From the IMG/VR virus record IMGVR_UViG_3300020731_000022, positions 1 to 52,797 of that record: a DNA stretch of 52,797 nucleotides; one strand, given 5' to 3'. The position numbers and the translations under genes were made by a program. Each line of letters opens with the position of its first letter. Within the stretch, counting starts at the first letter, position 1. The notes under the pieces are model-generated. The model saw only the letters and a program-made list of their open reading frames with translations. It was not told the DNA's origin and made no database searches. Source of the DNA: a virus. Its lineage: Duplodnaviria > Caudoviricetes. Below, piece by piece: positions 37,728 to 46,381 of the stretch.

Positions 37728-38066
37728 TTACTTCTTCTTGGGTGTAGCTTTCTTGGCAGCTTGTACTTTCTTGGCAGCAGCCTTAACTGGAGTAGGTACT
37801 ACTTTTGGCTCCGATGAAGGCAAAACCTTTGGTGCTGCAGGTTGTGGTAGTGTTCCAAGAAGCCAACCAAACTTAGGGTATTTCTTTTCTAGTGTACTAA
37901 TTGCTGTGTAATACAGACCAGAAACAACAGGTGTCAACACAGCGAATGTACCGGTGTTCAACTTACCCCACTTGGATGTACCCCAAGCAATAAGAGCACC
38001 AACAATGGCTGCAACAAATGCACGACCTGTTGCTCTTGTTGTAGTTGTATTAAGTGGACTTGACAT
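37728..38066 (-). CDS. Actinophage-type membrane protein (holin-like)
   Basis: Two TM segments, LEKKYPKFGWLLG motif, basic tail. Confidence 0.65.
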   Translation of the reverse strand: MSSPLNTTTTRATGRAFVAAIVGALIAWGTSKWGKLNTGTFAVLTPVVSGLYYTAISTLEKKYPKFGWLLGTLPQPAAPKVLPSSEPKVVPTPVKAAAKKVQAAKKATPKKK

Positions 38067-38236
38067 TATTCTTTCTCCTTATTATTGGTGAATTTGACGG
38101 ATACCTGAACACCATTAACTTGAGTACGTAGGCTGTTGAGAAGTCCAGCGATAGTTTCGCTGATCTCTTGGCTTGCGAGCTCGTCGCTTTGGGTATTACG
38201 GGCATCATAACTTATGGATATAACAGCTTTTTTCAT
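38066..38236 (-). CDS. Small hypothetical protein (56 aa), probably leaderless
   Basis: ATG 38236 lies 7 nt after a -10 box and has no RBS. Confidence 0.6.
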   Translation of the reverse strand: MKKAVISISYDARNTQSDELASQEISETIAGLLNSLRTQVNGVQVSVKFTNNKEKE

Positions 38237-38243
38237 AAGAATG

Positions 38244-38272
38244 AATATAATGCATATTTTTGTAAAAGTCAA
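38244..38272 (-). promoter_or_regulatory. SigA-type promoter TTGACT-N17-TATATT
   Basis: Near-consensus boxes with optimal spacing, upstream of tRNA-Asp and the sugar cassette. Confidence 0.7.
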
Positions 38273-38293
38273 GCTTTTTACAAAAAATTATTA

Positions 38294-38827
38294 TTATGCA
38301 ATAATATTGAAAGAAGCAGCTAAATCAGCTGGCATCATTTGATATGGGTTTCTATCAAATATGACACCACCGGCCCACAATGATTGAGCTACTACTGCAC
38401 TGCAAATCATTGTGTTGTTATTTGTAAATTGCAACTTAATACCTGTGATTAAATCCAGGGTAATACTGACTATGGTAAAGAAACCATACTTATCCTTAAT
38501 AAAGCTTTTGCAAGCAGACACCGTTTGATCACGGCTTTGTTTGTTAAGCTTTGTTGTGACGTAGTAATACTCTACATCAGCATACTCACTAATATTGCTA
38601 GTTATTACTCCACGTCCTACTGCCTCAACAATGGTTCCATCTTCGCCAACAATCATTGCAGCATGATTCCATCGAGAAAATGGCTTCATTTTACCATGAT
38701 ATCTAATAAATTGACCAAATCGAATTAACTTGGCTAGGACACCTGTAGTTGATACCAAAATAAAGTCTCCTGGGACATATTGTTTTGGATCTTCACCTGC
38801 GGCATATATCTTATATGTCGAAGTCAT
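38294..38827 (-). CDS. Permuted papain-like (YaeF/YiiX, NlpC/P60) amidase/peptidase
   Basis: PGDFIL, WNHAAM..G, VEA...GV, KY, ICSAVVA (His before Cys). Confidence 0.8.
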   Translation of the reverse strand: MTSTYKIYAAGEDPKQYVPGDFILVSTTGVLAKLIRFGQFIRYHGKMKPFSRWNHAAMIVGEDGTIVEAVGRGVITSNISEYADVEYYYVTTKLNKQSRDQTVSACKSFIKDKYGFFTIVSITLDLITGIKLQFTNNNTMICSAVVAQSLWAGGVIFDRNPYQMMPADLAASFNIIA

Positions 38828-39896
38828 TTATATCGCCTTCATAATCGTATGTTTCATTAATTCCAAAGAAGGATCCGTAAGCTGCACCACCTAGCGGATG
38901 CTCACCGACACCCAACATATCTAATGTTGATCCATATTCTCTTTTAATACCTTGTTCATCTTCTTCTTCTTTATTATCTATCACAGATGCTGTAATACCA
39001 GCAAGTGGTGCTGATGAAGATGACAAATCATAATCTTTGTTGCGTTCTACACCTAGTTGTGTACCTTGTTCATTACCAGGTTGAGTTACAAACCAGCTAG
39101 CACCGCTTATAGGGGCTCCTCCGCCAATTCCGGTACCTGGGTTAGCCTTCTCATGCAATCCACCGTCTCTAGGTGGGTCTCCGACGCTTTGAAAGCCATT
39201 TGGTTTGTTAAGAGTAAAAGCACTACCTGCATCGGTATCAATAGCAATACGTTTAAAACCACCAAGAACGGCGGGAAGTGGACGATGTTGCTTTGCACCA
39301 GTTTCTAATTGATCTTGTGGACCAGTTTCTACTCTATTGGCATCACTAGTAAGATCAGCAGGTGTTAAACCATGTACAAAAGATTGGTCTTCCGAAATAA
39401 GGTCGGTGGGGTCTGCGTATTTAACGCTAGCGTGGTGTCCAAGAGTGTCATCTGGATCTGCATCGATTTGATACTTAGGAACACGGTTAAGAGGAGTGTT
39501 TAATTTTTCATCTACGCCAGTATTACCGGTATTAGGGTCAACATTGGGGGCAAAAGCTCCTACACTTCCTGCACCCGTAGAACGTTCACCGAAATCCATG
39601 ATTCCTGCTTGTGGCAGTCGTAGGATTTGGATTTTGCGAATAGCATCCTGAGCAGTAACGCTTTCAACAAATTGATTCCAAAGAATTTTATCTCTAGCAA
39701 GTGTTGATGTTAGCTCTGAGCCAAGTGATAGGGTAAGTATAAAACCTTCATCATGAACAGTTACTTCTGGATCTGCTTCGTAACCCTCAAATTGTGACAT
39801 TATAGAACGAATGATGCCTTCACGGTTGTCTTTAGTCACATAAGGATTAAAAACACAGCGAAAATTCTTCCTCTGTAGTCCAAGAGAATTGCTCAT
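38811..39896 (-). CDS. Hypothetical protein (putative head-internal)
   Basis: 361 aa, acidic; SVKYAD and FKRIA motifs. Confidence 0.75.
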   Translation of the reverse strand: MSNSLGLQRKNFRCVFNPYVTKDNREGIIRSIMSQFEGYEADPEVTVHDEGFILTLSLGSELTSTLARDKILWNQFVESVTAQDAIRKIQILRLPQAGIMDFGERSTGAGSVGAFAPNVDPNTGNTGVDEKLNTPLNRVPKYQIDADPDDTLGHHASVKYADPTDLISEDQSFVHGLTPADLTSDANRVETGPQDQLETGAKQHRPLPAVLGGFKRIAIDTDAGSAFTLNKPNGFQSVGDPPRDGGLHEKANPGTGIGGGAPISGASWFVTQPGNEQGTQLGVERNKDYDLSSSSAPLAGITASVIDNKEEEDEQGIKREYGSTLDMLGVGEHPLGGAAYGSFFGINETYDYEGDINDFDI

Positions 39897-39899
39897 ATA

Positions 39900-40778
39900 C
39901 TACATACGCGGATACTTGAGCTTTTTAAACCGTTCTAGGCTAGTGCCTTCATATCTACGACATAAGTAATCAAGGGAAACAAACATTGGGTCATAGCTTC
40001 CGCCATTAACTTGATGTTTAACGACAATACCACGCCAGTGAGCATTACCCTGAGGTCCTTTGTAGTTTTCATCATGCAGATAACAAGCACCTGCTACGAG
40101 GCCATGTTGGGATCGTGCTCCACCATCTCTACCATCACCATTTACATATCTCAGACCATAGAGAAGAGTCTGCTGGTGCCCCATAGTAAAAGAATGACCA
40201 ATGCTCTTAAGACGACCATCGATTGTTCCACCATAAGGATTACCCGTCATTGGGTTATAAAAGAAGTGACTGTAAGCTACGCCATCAAGCCATAGAATTT
40301 CTTTGAATGGCTTTACTTGCCATCCAGTACGAGCGTAATCAAGGTCGTCTGTGCTAAACAATCCATCAATTTGAGCATCATTTTCAGTTGCACGGTTAAT
40401 ACGGTCTTCGTGATTACCTAAAAGAATATGACGCTCTGGATTCCATTTTGCGTGCTTAGTCTTACGTTGTTGATCATTGTAATCGTAAATAGGTTGATTA
40501 AGAATACGCCATGCTTCGTTAGCAGATTCAATGTCTTGAACTACTCTGCGACCTTCCATGCTCTTCTTTCCTTTATCATACAATGAAAGAGCTGGCATAT
40601 CTGCATGGTCACCTAGGTGAATAATCTTAATATTCTTGTTGCGATATTCCTCAACGATAAACATTCCAATCCAATTCAGGTGGTCTGTAGGAACACCGTC
40701 CTTGGCTTGAGTATCTGGAATTACAATGTGTACAACTGGTTCGGTTTCTACTTGCAATTCTTTTTTCTTAAGGGTCAC
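39900..40778 (-). CDS. Calcineurin-like metallophosphoesterase
   Basis: IPDTQ, HLGDHAD, LGNHE, YSH, MGHQQ. Confidence 0.85.
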   Translation of the reverse strand: MTLKKKELQVETEPVVHIVIPDTQAKDGVPTDHLNWIGMFIVEEYRNKNIKIIHLGDHADMPALSLYDKGKKSMEGRRVVQDIESANEAWRILNQPIYDYNDQQRKTKHAKWNPERHILLGNHEDRINRATENDAQIDGLFSTDDLDYARTGWQVKPFKEILWLDGVAYSHFFYNPMTGNPYGGTIDGRLKSIGHSFTMGHQQTLLYGLRYVNGDGRDGGARSQHGLVAGACYLHDENYKGPQGNAHWRGIVVKHQVNGGSYDPMFVSLDYLCRRYEGTSLERFKKLKYPRM

Positions 40779-40790
40779 ATTATTCCTTAA

Positions 40791-40955
40791 CTATTCGTTA
40801 ACATCATTCGCGTCAAGGTCCAAAACATCCTGAGTTTTTTCACCATCTTTAATGTCCAACAAATTACGTGTATCTTTTGTTGTTACAATTGGTGAAGTTG
40901 GGCTATCAGTCAAAGCGTTGGAACCTTTACTGGGTTGTGTACTATACCTAATCAT
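40791..40955 (-). CDS. Small hypothetical protein (54 aa, MIRYSTQ...)
   Basis: GAAAGGTG RBS before ATG 40955. Confidence 0.55.
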   Translation of the reverse strand: MIRYSTQPSKGSNALTDSPTSPIVTTKDTRNLLDIKDGEKTQDVLDLDANDVNE

Positions 40956-41247
40956 TATTGCACCTTTCTTTGTGTCTGTCAAACCTTAATTGCAAAGTTT
41001 CTAAAATATTTTTTATTGCTTTATTTTTATCTTTGGATAGAGTATTTTTCCAAATTGTTGAATTTGATGGATTAATAACAATTTTACCTTCATGACGATT
41101 GCCATTGGTTAAAAGGAATGCATCATATGATATATCGCATTTATCGCATTTAATAGTCTTAATTATTTCATATTCTACTTCATATGAAAAATCAACATTA
41201 CCTTTGTTTATAGTAATGCCTTCTGGCAAACCTTCAATTTCACTCAT
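40948..41247 (-). CDS. Hypothetical protein
   Basis: Likely start MSEIEG, overlapping the upstream gene end. Confidence 0.6.
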   Translation of the reverse strand: MSEIEGLPEGITINKGNVDFSYEVEYEIIKTIKCDKCDISYDAFLLTNGNRHEGKIVINPSNSTIWKNTLSKDKNKAIKNILETLQLRFDRHKERCNND

Positions 41248-41473
41248 GCGTTTTAAAGGCCAAAATTCCAAGATCTTTTAGATACTCTTCAGGAGTAATA
41301 TTAGTAACTTGTGAAAGAAGATTCAATAAACTCAATACTACACCCGTTAAACAGCTGAATAGCGCCAGAGGGTCGCTTTCTAATACCATTTCATAAGCTA
41401 CATCTTCTTGTTCACTAGTTATTGCTGTGAGTAGAGCTACTACTAATCCAACATTTTCAGCAACATCATCCAT
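41240..41473 (-). CDS. Hypothetical protein
   Basis: Likely start MDDVAENV just after the dps stop. Confidence 0.6.
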   Translation of the reverse strand: MDDVAENVGLVVALLTAITSEQEDVAYEMVLESDPLALFSCLTGVVLSLLNLLSQVTNITPEEYLKDLGILAFKTHE

Positions 41474-41474
41474 A

Positions 41475-41981
41475 TTATTTACCGGATGCTTTAAGGAACC
41501 AATTCCATTTCTGATGCATATCAATGCGTTCAGCTATAAAATTGGCGATGCCTTGTTGGTTGGACTTGTTTGCTAAGTCAAATGTTTTCATTAAAGTAAT
41601 AATGAGATCAGAGTTTAGCGCAATCAAATAATTTGTCAAGGCTTTAGCATCACTGGTTTGTTCATCAACTTCATTGAGGTTTGCTATTTTAACAAGATCA
41701 CTCATGTTATATTTTGCATATCCACCAAGTTTACGGATATTTTCAGCAATAGGATCAATACTATCGTAAACGTCGCTTACTATTTCATCAAATAATTTGT
41801 GGTATTCGTAAAAATCAATTCCTGTAACATTCCAATGGAATTCATGTACAGTGTGATAGAACAAGGCAACATCGGCAAGCAATTGTTGTAGTTGTTTAAC
41901 GAGTGGTGGCTGGTTTGACTTTGGTGCACTGTCATCTTCTACAGCACCAACAACTCTAAACCCATTCCAGGAATCAGTCAT
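41475..41981 (-). CDS. dps: Dps (DNA-protecting ferritin-like protein)
   Basis: LLAD...Y....FHWNVTG.DF..YH.LFDE......D.IAE.IR.LGG..H.KW.WFL. Confidence 0.92.
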   Translation of the reverse strand: MTDSWNGFRVVGAVEDDSAPKSNQPPLVKQLQQLLADVALFYHTVHEFHWNVTGIDFYEYHKLFDEIVSDVYDSIDPIAENIRKLGGYAKYNMSDLVKIANLNEVDEQTSDAKALTNYLIALNSDLIITLMKTFDLANKSNQQGIANFIAERIDMHQKWNWFLKASGK

Positions 41982-41982
41982 G

Positions 41983-42693
41983 TTACAACCAGTTAAGGTT
42001 ATCCCCAAATGATTCGTTTAGGCTTTCTTCAACCAATTTAGCTGATAGCTTATTCGCACTAGCTGACTTGATGCCACGGAAAGTGCTTCCTTCTTTGCGA
42101 GCTCTACGGCAGATTTCTACATTATCAACAAAGTTGTCAATAATAGCTGCACGCTTTTCTACATCAAGAATTGGAAGAGTTTTTTGTTCTACATAGTATA
42201 CAGCAGCTTCACGAGTGTTAAGTTGACTGTCAAGAAGACGGTGACCCTGATCTTCAATCCATACTTCAGCACCAGCAGTTACAAAGTTAATCCAGTCGGC
42301 ATCTTCGTATTCACGATTGATTGAAGCAGCAGTACGATAAAGAAGGCTACCATCATCTTCACCAAGGTCAGCGGTTCCTGCACTGCTAACACGATATTCT
42401 TTAGCGATAGTTCCACCTGGAAGACTATTCAGGTAGTCCTCAGTGTCAAAATCAACATATTCAGAAGCAATTTTCTCAAGAGATTCTTTTTCTGCACCAA
42501 GTTCTGTAAGAATATTTGCGTAACGCTCAAGTTCTGTCATAGAAGCATTAGGGTTGCTAGCAGCAGTCCTTGTAGTGTCAAGGATGTCTTGTAGTCTGTC
42601 TAGTCTAGCGAAGATACTCTCTGAAGAGCCGTTGAACCAGCCATTGTCTGCGGCGGCAGTCTTAGCTTGTCTTTCAATGTCATCGTAGTTCAT
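41983..42693 (-). CDS. Hypothetical protein (putative head-internal)
   Basis: GAAAGA RBS; KTAAAD, YRTAAS. Confidence 0.75.
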   Translation of the reverse strand: MNYDDIERQAKTAAADNGWFNGSSESIFARLDRLQDILDTTRTAASNPNASMTELERYANILTELGAEKESLEKIASEYVDFDTEDYLNSLPGGTIAKEYRVSSAGTADLGEDDGSLLYRTAASINREYEDADWINFVTAGAEVWIEDQGHRLLDSQLNTREAAVYYVEQKTLPILDVEKRAAIIDNFVDNVEICRRARKEGSTFRGIKSASANKLSAKLVEESLNESFGDNLNWL

Positions 42694-42720
42694 AATGGAA
42701 TCTTTCTGTTTTCCTGTTTA

Positions 42721-42746
42721 CTAGTGCAACTCGTGCATTAGTTTAC
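42721..42746 (-). promoter_or_regulatory. Candidate phage-specific promoter (GTAAAC-N17-TAG)
   Basis: Matches the other copies; caveat: here TAG is also the upstream stop codon. Confidence 0.35.
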
Positions 42747-43410
42747 ATTCGTCTTCGGGGCAATTGTGTGCAGTGCAGTGACCTACTCCAAAGATTTCTT
42801 TTGAAATTAAATCTGCAAGTCTTGGTGTAATTTTGCTAGCAGTTGTACCACTATTGGCAGGATTAGCACCATTAAGTTCACCTGGTTGGATTCCACCTGG
42901 AGCAGCTGGTACTTCACCATTAGCTCCACTTCCACCAGATCTTAAAGCACCCGTTTGCATTGGACTTTTACCTGGGTGGCTTGTTAGTGGCATAGGATTT
43001 GATTGAGCACCAAATCCAAGAGGGTTTGAAGGATTTCCACCAGGTTGCATTGGTCCATCTGTAACACTAGCTGGTCCACCTGTGAAATAAGCTAAAGCAT
43101 TGACAATCTTTGAAGCACCCTTAGCATGTTGAGCAGCATAAATAGAATCTTTAGCTTTTTGCTTAGCTTTTGCTTCACTATCTTTATTGCCTTCAACATA
43201 TGGGAAACATTTAGCTTTTTTACCTGGTCCTTTGTAACCTGGTTGATTATCAGAAGTTGTGCATGATGTTGGTTCATCACTAGCAGAGAATTTAAAACCA
43301 AATGTAGCACTAGCAACAATGCGACGACAATCTACACAATAAGTTTCATCTCCAGCTGAGCTAACTTTTGTTATTGTACGACCTGTATCGCAAATAGGGC
43401 AATTATTCAT
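42721..43410 (-). CDS. Hypothetical protein with N-terminal Zn ribbon
   Basis: CPIC..CVDC; C-terminal CxxHxC..C. Confidence 0.75.
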   Translation of the reverse strand: MNNCPICDTGRTITKVSSAGDETYCVDCRRIVASATFGFKFSASDEPTSCTTSDNQPGYKGPGKKAKCFPYVEGNKDSEAKAKQKAKDSIYAAQHAKGASKIVNALAYFTGGPASVTDGPMQPGGNPSNPLGFGAQSNPMPLTSHPGKSPMQTGALRSGGSGANGEVPAAPGGIQPGELNGANPANSGTTASKITPRLADLISKEIFGVGHCTAHNCPEDECKLMHELH

Positions 43411-43412
43411 TA

Positions 43413-44345
43413 TTATACCTCGAAAAATTTCTCAATTACATCAATTGGATAAATAGAAGCAATTTTAGCAGCAGTAACAGTTCCAGTACCGTCAGTCAAT
43501 TCAAGTGGACCACGATCGTAGTCTTCTGGGTGCATTTTGTTATCACGTGGGATAGCATTACTGTTAGGCTTAACATCGTACAAAGTTTGGCCAACGCTTT
43601 GTTGTGGAGTTTTGTTATAAAATTTAAATTGATCATAACCGTGATAGTAATCATCTGAAAGAAGAGCGAGATCTTCGTCAAGTGGCTTACCAGCTTGTGC
43701 ATCGTTGTATCCACGGTAGTAAAGTTCACTGTCATTAGATTTCTTTTGGAAAGTGTCAAGAGTGTTTTCTACAAAACTTCTTTTTGATTCTTCTTTAACA
43801 ATTTCTTTACCAGCTACTTCGTCTTTAACAGTAGGTCCTTCTACGTGTTCAAGATCAACACTTGCTACGTGGCTATTCTCAAGGTCTCCATCTGCAAACA
43901 AATGGTCCAAAGCGCCATGATCATCATTCGGTTGTCCACATCCGCAGTTTGTGCATGCAATGCGAGTTAGGTTATTTGGTACAAAGTTCTTCTCGCAGTG
44001 ATTGCAGAAGGGTTCTCCGTTTTCCATAATGTATGCGATTCGTGCGTTCATGTTACTTCCTAGTGCTCCGTTAATGAGTGGTGATAAAGAACCTGGGCTA
44101 ACACTGCTCAGTCCTTCATTTGATACAATTCCTGGTTCTTTTTCTAAATCTGTATGAAAATGACCTGTTGGTGCAGTCAAACCAGTTGAATTATTGTCCT
44201 GGTTACCAATGTCTGCTCTTCTAACAAAACCAACGTGTCCTACAGCAGACTGTCCAGGAAGCCCAAAACCTTCTTCATGATTTTCGATGGCTTCTAAAGA
44301 ATCATCGTTTTCATAAGTTCCGGCACTGGTATCTGCGTATTTCAT
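43413..44345 (-). CDS. Hypothetical protein
   Basis: CNHC..CTNCGC; YYRGYND..G...DYYHGY repeat. Confidence 0.75.
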   Translation of the reverse strand: MKYADTSAGTYENDDSLEAIENHEEGFGLPGQSAVGHVGFVRRADIGNQDNNSTGLTAPTGHFHTDLEKEPGIVSNEGLSSVSPGSLSPLINGALGSNMNARIAYIMENGEPFCNHCEKNFVPNNLTRIACTNCGCGQPNDDHGALDHLFADGDLENSHVASVDLEHVEGPTVKDEVAGKEIVKEESKRSFVENTLDTFQKKSNDSELYYRGYNDAQAGKPLDEDLALLSDDYYHGYDQFKFYNKTPQQSVGQTLYDVKPNSNAIPRDNKMHPEDYDRGPLELTDGTGTVTAAKIASIYPIDVIEKFFEV

Positions 44346-44351
44346 TATTAA

Positions 44352-44377
44352 CTAGTACGTTCTAAGATCTATTTTAC
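44352..44377 (-). promoter_or_regulatory. Candidate phage-specific promoter (GTAAAA-N17-TAG)
   Basis: Fills the intergenic gap; ATG 6 nt downstream with no RBS. Confidence 0.5.
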
Positions 44378-45235
44378 TTATTCCCAAGTGGTGCCAGAAT
44401 GTTCGTTTTCCTCTTCTGGCATCTCGGTGTCACCATGATTGGTCTTTGCAGCCCAATTGTCATGATCAGCAATTTTTTCTTCAGGAGATTCCATCAATGG
44501 ATTCCACTTACGAGTTCCATTTTCAGAATCCCAGTGATCATTGCATCCTTGTCCAGGTGCACAAATAGGTTGTCCATGAAATGAGCCTGAGCAATTAGGA
44601 TTGCCACAACTTACACAATTATCACCATCTGGATTGTTTTCTGAACGAGCAATGTTGTTTGCACAACCGCTTCCTGGGATGCAATGTGGCATACCATTAA
44701 ATTTACCAGCGGTTGGTTGACCACAACGACAAATTGTTTCAAGAATCATTTCTAGAAGACGTGGTATATCCTTGACTTTTTCAAGAATTTCCATTTCCAT
44801 ATTTGAACCAGCTTGTTTAGAAGAAGCTGTTAACATTGGCCCCACTCGTACTGGTCCACCTAAACTATCGTTTCCACCATATGCACCAACTGAAGGAGTA
44901 AGAGATGGTACCGATGGGGCAGTATTTCCATTTCCAACGCCAAGAACTTTTTCAGCACCCTGCATACCTAAAAATCCTTTTAAAGCACCCCATCCTTTAG
45001 ATATACCACTTCCTACGGCATCCAATAATTTGGGTCCATATTTAACAGCGTCAGCTACACCTGCAGCAGCGTCGGTTCCAACTGCAGCAACGTCAGCAAC
45101 TGGGTCTAAACCAAGTTCACCAGCTGCAGCAGCATCAGAAACACCTGCAACACCATTTAAAGTACCTGCAATATCGGCAGTACGCAACATCTGTTGTTCT
45201 TCTAGCAATTCTTCTAATCTTTTAGGAATAGTCAT
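44378..45235 (-). CDS. Hypothetical protein with duplicated Cys motif
   Basis: CRCG.P..G.F.G.P.C.PG.GC occurs twice. Confidence 0.75.
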   Translation of the reverse strand: MTIPKRLEELLEEQQMLRTADIAGTLNGVAGVSDAAAAGELGLDPVADVAAVGTDAAAGVADAVKYGPKLLDAVGSGISKGWGALKGFLGMQGAEKVLGVGNGNTAPSVPSLTPSVGAYGGNDSLGGPVRVGPMLTASSKQAGSNMEMEILEKVKDIPRLLEMILETICRCGQPTAGKFNGMPHCIPGSGCANNIARSENNPDGDNCVSCGNPNCSGSFHGQPICAPGQGCNDHWDSENGTRKWNPLMESPEEKIADHDNWAAKTNHGDTEMPEEENEHSGTTWE

Positions 45236-45963
45236 TATAATTTCTCCAAGTCAGACATTAGATCTGCTAACCGCATATCTCCGTATTGTCCTTTTTCTAC
45301 AATTTCTGGGGTAATTAAGGCCCATGATTCTTGCATATAAGAATTAAGCCATTCCCACGATACTTGCTGCACTTTGCCCCATGTTATACATTGGGCGTAG
45401 TCTTTGTCGTATCCAACGAGGACTACACAGTGACCACCTTCAATTTGATTGTCAGCAGGAGTATGAGTCAAAGCCCATGGTTGATTGTTAATAAACTGTT
45501 GTTGAGCAACACCAGGCATTTGAACACCAATATATACTAAACCATAACTGGCAATAACACTGCGAAGCTCGTCTTGATCAGCATGGTCAGTTGGAGCAAA
45601 TGCTGATAGTTTTTTACCAAAAATTTCATTATTTTTCCAATATGTTAGAAGGTCCGCTTCGACAGCTCCAGTATCTTGTCCGTTAGTAAAATTGAGATAA
45701 ACTTGCTCGACTTCGGTGTCATTAGGGAATTGTTCAGAGATTTCCAAAACATTAGCGTTAGCCATTCTGGCGTGAACAATACCAGCAAAAGTGCAATCCC
45801 CATATTTATCATTCCCTAACATGCCCCAATCCGCTACACTAGGAACAACAACACTTTCTGGGGCAGTTGGAAGTGGGTTGCTTTGATAAAAAGCCAACAT
45901 ATGTAGCCCAGCAGGGCGTTTAGGATCTAGTTTACCTAGTTTACCAACAATACGATCTGTCAT
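45235..45963 (-). CDS. Papain-like (C1-related) cysteine peptidase
   Basis: WGMLGNDKYGDCTFA (Cys), GGHCVVLVGYD (His), TWG; AAGGAG RBS. Confidence 0.75.
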   Translation of the reverse strand: MTDRIVGKLGKLDPKRPAGLHMLAFYQSNPLPTAPESVVVPSVADWGMLGNDKYGDCTFAGIVHARMANANVLEISEQFPNDTEVEQVYLNFTNGQDTGAVEADLLTYWKNNEIFGKKLSAFAPTDHADQDELRSVIASYGLVYIGVQMPGVAQQQFINNQPWALTHTPADNQIEGGHCVVLVGYDKDYAQCITWGKVQQVSWEWLNSYMQESWALITPEIVEKGQYGDMRLADLMSDLEKL

Positions 45964-45972
45964 GATTTCTCC

Positions 45973-46266
45973 TTATGGGGTCCAACTTGGGCCAAGATAA
46001 TGTGGTTGCAACATAGCCTTTTCAGGATCCATACCAGCAAAGTCAGTTGATGGCATTCCTTCAAAACTTAACTGTTCTTCCTGTGGTGGAGGTGCAGGTG
46101 TAGTTATTGGTTGCAAGGGTTTTGGTTTTCTAGGTAATACTTGTTCACTATAAAATTTTTTAGCTTCTGGTGTATCTTTTTTGCCAGGTCGGACGTAACG
46201 ATGTATATATTCTTGCCTATGTGCTTCGTAATCATCGCTAGCATATCTAATATTCCAATTAGTCAC
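45973..46266 (-). CDS. Hypothetical protein (97 aa, MTNWNIRYAS...)
   Basis: GTG at 46266 preceded by GGAGGGA; overlaps the stop of the small upstream gene. Confidence 0.65.
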   Translation of the reverse strand: MTNWNIRYASDDYEAHRQEYIHRYVRPGKKDTPEAKKFYSEQVLPRKPKPLQPITTPAPPPQEEQLSFEGMPSTDFAGMDPEKAMLQPHYLGPSWTP

Positions 46267-46381
46267 AGCAGGAATCCCTCCATCCGCAAGATTTGCACTT
46301 GAAATGTGCATGTTCTGGGTCAAGATTGTTGCCACATAGTGGGCATGCATCAAAAATGGCTAATGGACAAGCTTCACTCAT
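46259..46381 (-). CDS. Small Zn-ribbon protein (40 aa, ...CPLCGNNLDPEHAHFKCKSCGWRDSCCD)
   Basis: AGAGG RBS; overlaps both neighbours; CxxCG..HAH..CxxCG..DSCC; absent from the ORF track. Confidence 0.75.
   Translation of the reverse strand: MSEACPLAIFDACPLCGNNLDPEHAHFKCKSCGWRDSCCD

Noticed and set aside
37543-37911. 122-aa plus-strand ORF
   Set aside because: Antisense shadow of tRNA-Asp and the membrane protein gene
46267-46353. N-terminal 29 aa of track ORF 45973..46353
   Set aside because: The region is better explained by a 40-aa Zn-ribbon gene in another frame and a GTG start at 46266
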